Positions 32,749 to 40,495 of a stretch of DNA of 64,000 nucleotides are shown in pieces (position 1 is the stretch's first letter; the number at the start of each line of letters is the position of its first letter). Source of the stretch: Thermodesulfobacteriota bacterium (GTDB taxonomy: Bacteria; Desulfobacterota_D; UBA1144; Nemesobacterales; Nemesobacteraceae). The stretch lies in NCBI GenBank assembly GCA_965232155.1, contig OZ246948.1, forward strand, positions 21,698-85,697, given 5' to 3'. The position numbers and the translations under genes were made by a program. Under the pieces are notes generated by a model. The model was not told the origin of the DNA, did no database searches, and was given only the letters and a program-made list of their open reading frames with translations.

Positions 32749-33252
32749 CTATCTGTTGAAATACTGGTTCAGGTGGTCCTGTCCTACCCAGTCGCTCGCT
32801 ATCTCTTCATCCTTCTGCTGTTTGTACTCAAGATGCCATCTAAGCTCATCCCCGGGACCTGGAGCTCTCTTGTTCTTGTCGTCGAATATGGCCTTGAAGG
32901 TGGAAAAAACCCTTCTCACCGTATCGGAATCGTCGCAGAGAGGACATTTGACTTCATCCTGACCCTCATCTCCGTACACAAGGTGGTCGAAACGGAAGTT
33001 CTTGAGCTCAAGGTAAAGGACCTTTCCGTTATCAAGCTTGTAACGAAACCTCCTCGCGCCGCGTACGCCCCTTTCCCCCAGTTCGAAAAACAGCTTTCCG
33101 CTCTTGTCGCCTGTGACTTCAATATAACAGAAGTTACGGTTCTGCTTGAAAATTTTCCTTGCGTTCGTTTTTGTAAGCTTGGCGACCAGATTGTCTATGT
33201 CCGTGTTGTAACTCTCCATGCAACTGTCGCATTCATATTCGTATAACGGCAC
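32749..33252 (-). CDS. FmdB-family-like zinc-ribbon protein with inserted domain (paralog 2). A GTG start is preferred; the ORF on the track extends to 33270.
   Basis: From a GTG preceded by GGAGG it reads VPLYEYECDSCME...VKCPLCDDSDTVRRVFSTFKAIF. This gives 167 aa, matching paralog 1. The shared insert motif is N(F/M)xN(Y/F)RF..L(I/V)Y.(E/D)EG.DE. Confidence 0.55.
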   Translation of the reverse strand: MPLYEYECDSCMESYNTDIDNLVAKLTKTNARKIFKQNRNFCYIEVTGDKSGKLFFELGERGVRGARRFRYKLDNGKVLYLELKNFRFDHLVYGDEGQDEVKCPLCDDSDTVRRVFSTFKAIFDDKNKRAPGPGDELRWHLEYKQQKDEEIASDWVGQDHLNQYFNR

Positions 33253-33380
33253 CTTAAGCCTCCGGAACAACTTTTAATTCCGAAGATTATAAACAATATA
33301 ATCTGAGTTTAAAGCCCGAAACCGCCTAGGCGGGCGAAACACTGCTGAAAGAAGGCCGGTTATGGTTCATAATTATAAAG

Positions 33381-34040
33381 ATGAAAAAAGCCGGGAAGCC
33401 AAAAACGTCACGCGGGCGAAATGGAAAAAACTATTTCCCCGCGGGCAAGAATCTGGATTTCGTCGCCGTTGACGTCGAGACCGCCAATTCAAACGTCTCA
33501 AGCATCTGCCAAGTGGGAATCGCCGTGGTCAGATCAGCGAAGATCGAAGACGTATGGACGCAGCTTATTGATCCGCATGACTTTTTTGATCCGTACAATA
33601 CCGCCGTACACGGCATAGACGATAAAACGGTAATTGGACATCCCAGGTTTGAAGAACTGTGCGACAAGATCGGTGGATATCTGGGAGAAATCGTCGTAAG
33701 CCATACACTCTTTGACCGCAGGGCAATCTCAAAAGCGTTTGAGGAATGTGGAAAATCCCTTCGTTACGAAATCTGGATTGACAGTGCGCAATTAGCGCGC
33801 CGCGCCTGGCCGGATAAATACGCTCTGAGGGGTTACAATCTCGCGAATATCGCCCGCGATCTCGGGATCCGCTTTCGCCACCACGACGCCGGAGAAGACG
33901 CAAGAGCCGCAGCGGAAATCGTTCTGAGGGCACACGCGGATACCGCATTCGGAATAAACGGACTGCTGGACTCGGGGGTCGGGGTAAAGAAGGATAGTCC
34001 CCAGGCAAAAACCAGATCTGACTCGTCCCTAAAAAGATAA
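33381..34040 (+). CDS. DEDDh 3'-5' exonuclease (DnaQ / Pol III epsilon-like)
   Basis: Exo I reads FVAVDVETAN. Exo III reads HHDAGEDARAAAEI. Confidence 0.8.
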   Translation: MKKAGKPKTSRGRNGKNYFPAGKNLDFVAVDVETANSNVSSICQVGIAVVRSAKIEDVWTQLIDPHDFFDPYNTAVHGIDDKTVIGHPRFEELCDKIGGYLGEIVVSHTLFDRRAISKAFEECGKSLRYEIWIDSAQLARRAWPDKYALRGYNLANIARDLGIRFRHHDAGEDARAAAEIVLRAHADTAFGINGLLDSGVGVKKDSPQAKTRSDSSLKR

Positions 34041-34046
34041 TGGGAA

Positions 34047-34520
34047 TCAGTCCCCATCTTTAAGCCATCTCGCCAGCGCTTTGTCCGGGTCGGCTATCTC
34101 TTCTACGGAACCATATAAATAAGCTTCCCAGCCCTTCTCAGGCATGCCGGCAAATAACATCAGGTTAAGCGGATAGACCTCGCTGTCGGTGCACCTGCGG
34201 AAATCATCCCGGAACAGAAATACGGGCTTTCCCCAGGCAATTGCCATTCCCAGTTCCACCATGACTCCCTCGTCAGGCGGACATCCATTGACAACCGCGA
34301 ACAACCCATCGGCCTCACGCACGTCCCTAAGATCCGACTGTCCAACCCGGTAGGCCCAACCGGCAACCGCCTTATCAACCTGGTTGTTCCGGGAAAACGG
34401 CTCCCATACCTCAACTCCCATTGATTCCAGAACCTCGACAAGAGCCTTCAGAGGCCCTTCGCGCTGCTGCAGGGAAAAGCCGTAGGGGTTAGCCAGATAC
34501 AGAGTTTTTCGTTTCGTCAT
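34047..34520 (-). CDS. Nucleoside 2-deoxyribosyltransferase-like protein (PF05014-like)
   Basis: YLANPYGF...DGLFAVVNG...DEGVMVELGMAIAWGKPV. Confidence 0.65.
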   Translation of the reverse strand: MTKRKTLYLANPYGFSLQQREGPLKALVEVLESMGVEVWEPFSRNNQVDKAVAGWAYRVGQSDLRDVREADGLFAVVNGCPPDEGVMVELGMAIAWGKPVFLFRDDFRRCTDSEVYPLNLMLFAGMPEKGWEAYLYGSVEEIADPDKALARWLKDGD

Positions 34521-34601
34521 AATGTTTCCGCCTTAAAGTCAGAACAATTCATATCCCATGCCGTGGTCGGAGAAAAACGCCGCAAGCGCCAGCAACTGCT
34601 C

Positions 34602-35129
34602 TCAGTCCATTCCAGATCCACAACGCCCTATCTTTTCAAGTCTCTCACGAAGTTCCACGCTGTCAAGCGAGTCAAACGGAAGGACGAGAAACGCAGCGAT
34701 ACGCTCTTTGAGCACCTCGTAGGTTCCTTCAAAAGCTTTTAGTTGCTCAGCTTGGGTTCCCTCAACGCCCGCGGGATCCGCAAGACCCCAGTGAGCCGTC
34801 ACCGGCCTGCCTGACCACACGAGACAAGGTTCATTTGCTGCGTTGTCACACACAGCAAAGACAAAATCCATTGAAGGGGCATCCGGCACCTCAAACTCAT
34901 CCCAGGATTTGGAACGCAGATTCTCAATTTCGTGCCCCTTGCTGAGCAACAGATCAAGAGCATGGGGGTGAACTTCTCCCCGAGGATGGCTGCCCGCACT
35001 ATAGCCGACAAATCTTCCGTCGCTATTGTGATTCAAAAGAGATTCGGCAATGATCGAACGGGCCGAGTTGCCCGTGCAGAGAAACAGCACACTGTAGGTC
35101 CGCAAGCGCGACGGCGTGTTTTCGTTCAC
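34602..35129 (-). CDS. arsC: LMW-PTP-family arsenate reductase-like protein (thioredoxin-coupled ArsC type)
   Basis: LCTGNSARS P-loop plus two downstream Cys residues (AVCDNAANEPC) and an HWG..DP motif. Confidence 0.7.
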   Translation of the reverse strand: MNENTPSRLRTYSVLFLCTGNSARSIIAESLLNHNSDGRFVGYSAGSHPRGEVHPHALDLLLSKGHEIENLRSKSWDEFEVPDAPSMDFVFAVCDNAANEPCLVWSGRPVTAHWGLADPAGVEGTQAEQLKAFEGTYEVLKERIAAFLVLPFDSLDSVELRERLEKIGRCGSGMD

Positions 35130-35214
35130 AATCCTTCCCCTTTAGAAATTCAAATTTGCAAGTATGCCTGATATTTTAGAATGAGATTATTCCTGACAGA
35201 TAAAATAGCAAAGA

Positions 35215-35242
35215 TTGATAAAGTTTGTTATCAAAGTATCTT
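35215..35242 (+). promoter_or_regulatory. Inverted repeat TTGATAA-N6-TTATCAA overlapping a candidate -35/-10 (TTGATA...TATCTT) upstream of the ParD-MNT gene
   Basis: Perfect 7-bp arms lying 30-50 nt upstream of the ATG at 35264, in an AT-rich divergent region. Confidence 0.35.
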
Positions 35243-35263
35243 TTATAGCGCAGGTAGAGATCA

Positions 35264-35716
35264 ATGAATGTTTCACTTACACCAAAGTTGGAGGAGTTCA
35301 TTCGGGAGAAGGTTTCATCCGGGCTTTACAACAATGCCAGCGAAGTAGTTCGCGAGGCGTTGCGGTTATTAGTCAAACGAGAAAGCATCTCAGTTGATAG
35401 GTCCTTGACAACACCACCATTAACCAAAGAAGAAATCCATAAACAGATTTCTTCTTTGAAAAAACCGTTGCGTGACAGAGGTGTCAAATCCATCTTCCTA
35501 TTCGGTTCAGCTGTTCGGGATGAAAGCACTTCGGCAAGTGATATAGATGTTTTTATTGATACCGACCCAGAAGCCTCCTTCAGTCTACTCGATTTGGTTG
35601 ATGTAAAATATTTCCTTGAAGATAACTTGAGATGTGAGGTGGATATAGTAACAAGAGAAGGACTTCACCCGCACATTAAAGAAAGTGCAATCTATGAATC
35701 TGAACAGGTGTTCTAA
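35264..35716 (+). CDS. Fusion of a ParD-like RHH antitoxin domain and an MNT-type nucleotidyltransferase
   Basis: The N-terminus reads SLTPKLEEFIREKVSSGLYNNASEVVREALRLL, of the ParD/COG3609 type. The C-terminus reads FLFGSAVRDESTSASDIDVFID, a minimal nucleotidyltransferase. The local composition is AT-rich. Confidence 0.7.
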   Translation: MNVSLTPKLEEFIREKVSSGLYNNASEVVREALRLLVKRESISVDRSLTTPPLTKEEIHKQISSLKKPLRDRGVKSIFLFGSAVRDESTSASDIDVFIDTDPEASFSLLDLVDVKYFLEDNLRCEVDIVTREGLHPHIKESAIYESEQVF

Positions 35717-35793
35717 ATGTCAAAAATCCTACTCTCCACGCCGACCAGATCCTTGAAACCACGCGCACCGAAATTCCGTTTAAGCATCAAGCC

Positions 35794-36600
35794 TTGGTAA
35801 TATATAATCTCTCCATGGCCGAAGACAAAGAAATTCTCGTAAAGACCGAGGGTTCTATCTGTACCATTACTCTCAATCGCCCTGAGAAAAGGAACTCCCT
35901 TACCCCGGAAATTCTGAGATTTTTAACCGAGGAATTCCTAAGGCTGGGAAAAACCACTGAAATCAGATGTGTTGTTATAAGAGGAAGCGGTGATAGAGCT
36001 TTCTGCTCAGGATATGATATAGCCGCAATATCCGAGGAAGAAATTGCGATAGAAAACGGCCATCCGCTGACCGAGGCCATGCAGGCGGTCAAGTCCTACC
36101 CTCTTCCCGTAATAGCAATGATAAACGGTCACGCTTTCGGAGCGGGACTCGAACTCGCCGCGACTTGCGACCTAAGGATATGCGCCGACGACGCGAAACT
36201 CGCAATCCCGCCCGTAAAACTGGGAGTTACTTATCATTACAGCGGAATAAAGCAATTCCTTAACCTGGTGGGTCCTGGGTTTACAAGGGAGCTCTTTCTT
36301 GCCGGAAACCCCGTTAACGCAAAAAGAGCCCTGGAAAAAGGGCTCGTCGACCACGTCGTAGAAAGAGACAAGCTTGAAGGGTTCACCTATGGGCTTGCCG
36401 AGGGAATAAGCGAAAACGCCCCGCTTTCCATGATATCGATGAAAAAGATGATAAACATCTGGGAACAAGGGGAGCCGCTATCAGAAGAAAATGAAGAACT
36501 CATAAGGTCTCTTTTCGCCAAGGTGAGGAAAAGCAGCGATTCCAGGGAAGGGAAAAAAGCTTTTCTGGAAAAGAGAAAGCCGGTTTTCAAGGGAGAATAA
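35794..36600 (+). CDS. Enoyl-CoA hydratase/isomerase (crotonase) family. Alternative start at 35815.
   Basis: 268 aa; ...RAFCSGYDI...AMINGHAFGAGLELAATCDLRI. Confidence 0.85.
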   Translation: MVIYNLSMAEDKEILVKTEGSICTITLNRPEKRNSLTPEILRFLTEEFLRLGKTTEIRCVVIRGSGDRAFCSGYDIAAISEEEIAIENGHPLTEAMQAVKSYPLPVIAMINGHAFGAGLELAATCDLRICADDAKLAIPPVKLGVTYHYSGIKQFLNLVGPGFTRELFLAGNPVNAKRALEKGLVDHVVERDKLEGFTYGLAEGISENAPLSMISMKKMINIWEQGEPLSEENEELIRSLFAKVRKSSDSREGKKAFLEKRKPVFKGE

Positions 36601-36613
36601 AAGCTCCTGCGGT

Positions 36614-37519
36614 TCAGTTTCCGTAACCGAACTCCTTTATCAGGAAATCGCTCTGGGTCCAGTTCTCTTTAACTTTCACCCAAAGCTCAAGAAACAGCTT
36701 AACTCCCAGGATCCTTTCAATCTCAACCCTGGCCTCAGAACCGATTTGCTTTAGCATTCTCCCGCCCTTTCCTATGAGAATTCCCTTATGACTTTTTCTC
36801 TCAACATAGATTTCCGCGCTTATCCTGATCAGGTTCCGCTCCGTATCCTCGCTGAATCCCGAGACTACCACTGCCACTTTATAGGGAATTTCCTTTCGCG
36901 TGAGATTGAAAACCTTTTCCCTTATGAGTTCGCTTACGTAAAAAATCTCAGGCTGATCCGTGAAAATATCATCGGGGAAATATTTCGGCCCTTCGGGCAG
37001 ATGTTTTTTGAGAAGCTGCGTGAGTTCGCCCACCCCGTCATTGTTTAGAGCCGAGATAGGAACTATTTCGAGGAACTTCTCAGAGAACCTCTCGGCAGCT
37101 GAAAGTATCGACAGGAGCTTTGATTTTTTTATCTTGTCGATCTTGTTTATGACAAACAAAGAGGGTTTCCTCAGCATCTTCAGTATGGATTCATCAGCCG
37201 CCCCGAAAGGTTTTTCGATATCCGTAACAAACGCCACCAGATCAGCGTCCGAAAGAGCGCCGCTTACCGCTCGGGCCATGGATTTTCCGAGCCTGCTTTT
37301 TTCCCTGTAAACCCCCGGGGTATCGAGGAAAACCAGCTGCGAATCATCGAAAGTCCTTACTCCCAGAATTCTGTTCCTGGTAGTGCTCGGCTTATCCGAA
37401 ACGGCCGAAACTTTTTCTCCGACAATCGAGTTTACAAGCGTGGACTTGCCCACGTTGGGCCGTCCAACCACAGAGATAAAACCCGATCTGAAGTTCTCTC
37501 TTAATTGCTCATCCGGCAT
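36614..37519 (-). CDS. era: GTPase Era
   Basis: GRPNVGKST, DTPG, NKID, C-terminal KH domain. Confidence 0.95.
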   Translation of the reverse strand: MPDEQLRENFRSGFISVVGRPNVGKSTLVNSIVGEKVSAVSDKPSTTRNRILGVRTFDDSQLVFLDTPGVYREKSRLGKSMARAVSGALSDADLVAFVTDIEKPFGAADESILKMLRKPSLFVINKIDKIKKSKLLSILSAAERFSEKFLEIVPISALNNDGVGELTQLLKKHLPEGPKYFPDDIFTDQPEIFYVSELIREKVFNLTRKEIPYKVAVVVSGFSEDTERNLIRISAEIYVERKSHKGILIGKGGRMLKQIGSEARVEIERILGVKLFLELWVKVKENWTQSDFLIKEFGYGN

Positions 37520-37634
37520 GGAAAGCTACCTCTGTTCAGCAAATAATTCTGTTTCTCCAGTATAATTTACCGCACACCTTAACACAAAAACCCGCACGCC
37601 GGTAAAAACGGTACAGGTCCAAGCAGGCAACAAC

Positions 37635-39083
37635 ATGACTCGCCACAGGGAATCTATACGTCCGGTTATTCACTGGTTCAGAAAAGACTTAAGACTCACG
37701 GACAATCCGGCACTCTCAAGTGCGGCTGAATCCGGTCATCCGGTGCTGGCCGTTTACATACTTGAAGATGGCGACTCTGATCCCTGGGCACCCGGCGGCG
37801 CCAGCAGATGGTGGCTTCACCACAGCCTCGAAGCACTCGACCAATCCTTAAAGACTCTTGGAAACAAGCTAATTCTGCGCCGCGGTCAACCGCAGGAAGT
37901 TCTGCGGGAATTGGTAACCGAAACCGGCGCCATGGCAGTATACTGCACTTCGCTCACAGAACCGCACGCGATCAAGGTCGATTCAGAGCTAAGAAATATT
38001 CTTAACGAACTCGGAACCGGATTCACGGCACTTGACGGCAATCTAATTTTTCCGCCCGAATCCATTAAGACAAAAAACGGCGAACCCTACAAGGTGTTCA
38101 CACCCTTTTATAAAATCTGCCTGAAAAAGTTTCCACCGCCTGCACCCCTGCCTGCGCCAAAAAAGCTTCCATGCATTAAAGAACCTATCAGGAGTGATTC
38201 GCTTAAGCAGTGGAAGCTGCTGCCGGAAAAACCCGACTGGAGTGCCGGCTGGCTTGATATGTGGACACCGGGGGAGCAGGGAGCACTCTCGCGCCTAGAT
38301 TTGTTTCTGGAACGGTCAGCAGTAGCATACGGAACGCAACGAGACCGGCCCGATATCTTCGGAACTTCCAGACTATCGCCTCATTTTCATTTCGGTGAGA
38401 TATCACCAAGGATATGCTGGCACCACTCGCTTGCAAGAATAAAACCTGAATTACAAGATGACCTGAAACCCTTTTTTCGCCAGATTGTGTGGCGGGAATT
38501 TTCGCACCACCTGCTTTACTACTGGCCAGATTTCCCCGAAGAACCGTTCCGACCGGAATTCAGACGCTTTCCGTGGGCAAGAAACAAAGAAGCGCTTCAC
38601 AGGTGGCAACTCGGGCTCACGGGCTACCCGATAGTGGACGCGGGTATGCGTGAACTCTGGGCAACCGGCTGGATGCACAACCGGGTACGCATGATCGCTG
38701 CCTCTTTCCTCGTAAAACATTTGCTTATCCCATGGCAGGACGGCGCCGCTTGGTTCTGGGATACTTTGGTTGACGCGAACCTTGCTAACAACTCAGTAAG
38801 CTGGCAGTGGGTCGCGGGCTGCGGGGTTGATGCGGCTCCATTTTTTCGTATTTTCAACCCCGTGCTTCAAGGCCGAAAATTCGATCCCGACGGTGGTTAC
38901 GTGCGACGCTGGGTTCCCGAAATTGCGAACTTGCCGAATAAGTATATTCAGCAGCCTTGGACCACACCGAAATATCTGCTTGAAAACTCGGGGATTTCTC
39001 TAGGGAATAACTATCCGCATCCTATAGTAGATCATCTGGCGGCCCGACACCGTGCTCTGAATATGTTCAGAAAGCTGATTTAA
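37635..39083 (+). CDS. phrB: Deoxyribodipyrimidine (CPD) photolyase
   Basis: 482 aa; photolyase alpha/beta domain plus the FAD-binding W..W...GWMHNRVRM motif. Confidence 0.9.
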   Translation: MTRHRESIRPVIHWFRKDLRLTDNPALSSAAESGHPVLAVYILEDGDSDPWAPGGASRWWLHHSLEALDQSLKTLGNKLILRRGQPQEVLRELVTETGAMAVYCTSLTEPHAIKVDSELRNILNELGTGFTALDGNLIFPPESIKTKNGEPYKVFTPFYKICLKKFPPPAPLPAPKKLPCIKEPIRSDSLKQWKLLPEKPDWSAGWLDMWTPGEQGALSRLDLFLERSAVAYGTQRDRPDIFGTSRLSPHFHFGEISPRICWHHSLARIKPELQDDLKPFFRQIVWREFSHHLLYYWPDFPEEPFRPEFRRFPWARNKEALHRWQLGLTGYPIVDAGMRELWATGWMHNRVRMIAASFLVKHLLIPWQDGAAWFWDTLVDANLANNSVSWQWVAGCGVDAAPFFRIFNPVLQGRKFDPDGGYVRRWVPEIANLPNKYIQQPWTTPKYLLENSGISLGNNYPHPIVDHLAARHRALNMFRKLI

Positions 39084-39113
39084 ACTGACTGAAAAACGTC
39101 CGCTATTCACAAC

Positions 39114-39425
39114 TCACGCGGCATAGAATACCTCGGCTGACTTTAAAACTGCTTCACGACGGATGTAATTTCGGCCTTCCTCAACAGCGGTGCGGGAAAG
39201 CAAATCAGTCTCTCTCCCCAGAATGCCGCTCAACTCCTCCTCCATGCTTACCATGCTTAAAAGACTGTGGGAGGCTTCCGGATGGAAACGGACCATTACA
39301 TCTACATCGCTTTCCGGCCCGAAATCATCTCTGAGAACGGACCCGAAAAACGCCAATTCCACAATTTGCCAACGCTCGCAAAAAGCAACAATCTGATCTC
39401 TTGGCACTTCTATACGTAAACCCAT
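39114..39425 (-). CDS. MNT-type nucleotidyltransferase. Orphan, with no HEPN partner.
   Basis: FGSVLRDDFGPESDVDVMV. Confidence 0.7.
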   Translation of the reverse strand: MGLRIEVPRDQIVAFCERWQIVELAFFGSVLRDDFGPESDVDVMVRFHPEASHSLLSMVSMEEELSGILGRETDLLSRTAVEEGRNYIRREAVLKSAEVFYAA

Positions 39426-39465
39426 TATCTCATCTCAAGCAACCTGACTTTCTCCAGAATCCACA

Positions 39466-40239
39466 TTAGAAAATCCCGCCTATGGATCTCTCAAGACCGG
39501 CCTGAAGATGAGGCCTGGCTTCTTCAAAATCCAGATTTGCCTTGTTGGCAACGCTAACAACCCTGGTTCTGTATATCTTCCATCTAACATTCTCAACATG
39601 AGAAGTTTGCGTGGTCCGCGTCGCAGTACCCTGAGGCGCATCTGTTTCCTGAGTCTCGTAAATAAGTTCTCCATCCCGAACGCGCTCCCTGATCTGAATA
39701 TCAGTGACCATTGTGAAAAGATCGTCTGTTACGAGTGCATCAAACAGAAAACCCGCCACACCGCCGGCTATCCCCCCAATCACGGTGCCTTCGTTTATCT
39801 CATCAACATCCCCGCCTAGGGCGCCTCCTATCACAGCTCCGACAATAGCGCCTTCAACCACACCTTCATACCCGCCTCCAAGTACGGAATTCGCTTCCTC
39901 AAGATCGGTCTTTCCGACCTTGAGAATGTTGGCCTGAAGAATGTAGGTCGCTTCCGTCGGGTCCTCTGTAACCTTAAAACCGCTTGAGACTATTCTCCCT
40001 TTGATCCCGTATTCAATCCCGGGCAGTTCCTTGTCGGTCGTGTTCTTCACATCGACGTAAACAACCCTTTGCCCGGGCGGCACGGGCTCAAGGAAAATCG
40101 TCTCCGACATCTGTGTCTCAACCTCGAGACCCCTTTTCTCGATAAGGGTTCTGGTAGCCGCGCAACCGTTTACAATAAGAACTAGACAGACAGCCACAGC
40201 AAAAAACAGACTTCTTTCAAATACAAGCTTTTTTTTCAT
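39466..40239 (-). CDS. traT: TraT-family outer-membrane lipoprotein (complement resistance / surface exclusion homolog)
   Basis: Lipobox LIVNGC. KRGLEVETQMSETIFLEP...QANILKVGKTDL...YRTRVVSVANKANLDFEEARP aligns along its full length with F-plasmid TraT (recalled from memory). Confidence 0.75.
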   Translation of the reverse strand: MKKKLVFERSLFFAVAVCLVLIVNGCAATRTLIEKRGLEVETQMSETIFLEPVPPGQRVVYVDVKNTTDKELPGIEYGIKGRIVSSGFKVTEDPTEATYILQANILKVGKTDLEEANSVLGGGYEGVVEGAIVGAVIGGALGGDVDEINEGTVIGGIAGGVAGFLFDALVTDDLFTMVTDIQIRERVRDGELIYETQETDAPQGTATRTTQTSHVENVRWKIYRTRVVSVANKANLDFEEARPHLQAGLERSIGGIF

Positions 40240-40431
40240 TAATCGAGACTCCTCGGGATTTTATTGCCGGAGAAAATTTCCGACCTTCCAGACTAAAATC
40301 GTATGCAAAAAAAAGAAAAAAACAACCACAGAAAGAAGTGTGAAAAACCGAACCGTTCAGACTCTTTTTCCCCAAAAGCGTGAAACGAGAATCGTTCTGC
40401 TACCCCTTCCGCCAATAAGGTCGCCATGACC

Positions 40432-40459
40432 TTGCCAACGCAAATCAATCTAGTATGAT
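40432..40459 (+). promoter_or_regulatory. Candidate sigma70 promoter for aspS
   Basis: TTGCCA, then 16 nt, then TATGAT, about 37 nt upstream of the ATG. Confidence 0.4.
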
Positions 40460-40495
40460 TAGCCCATCCTTCTTTGCCGGGAGAACCGCGTTTTA

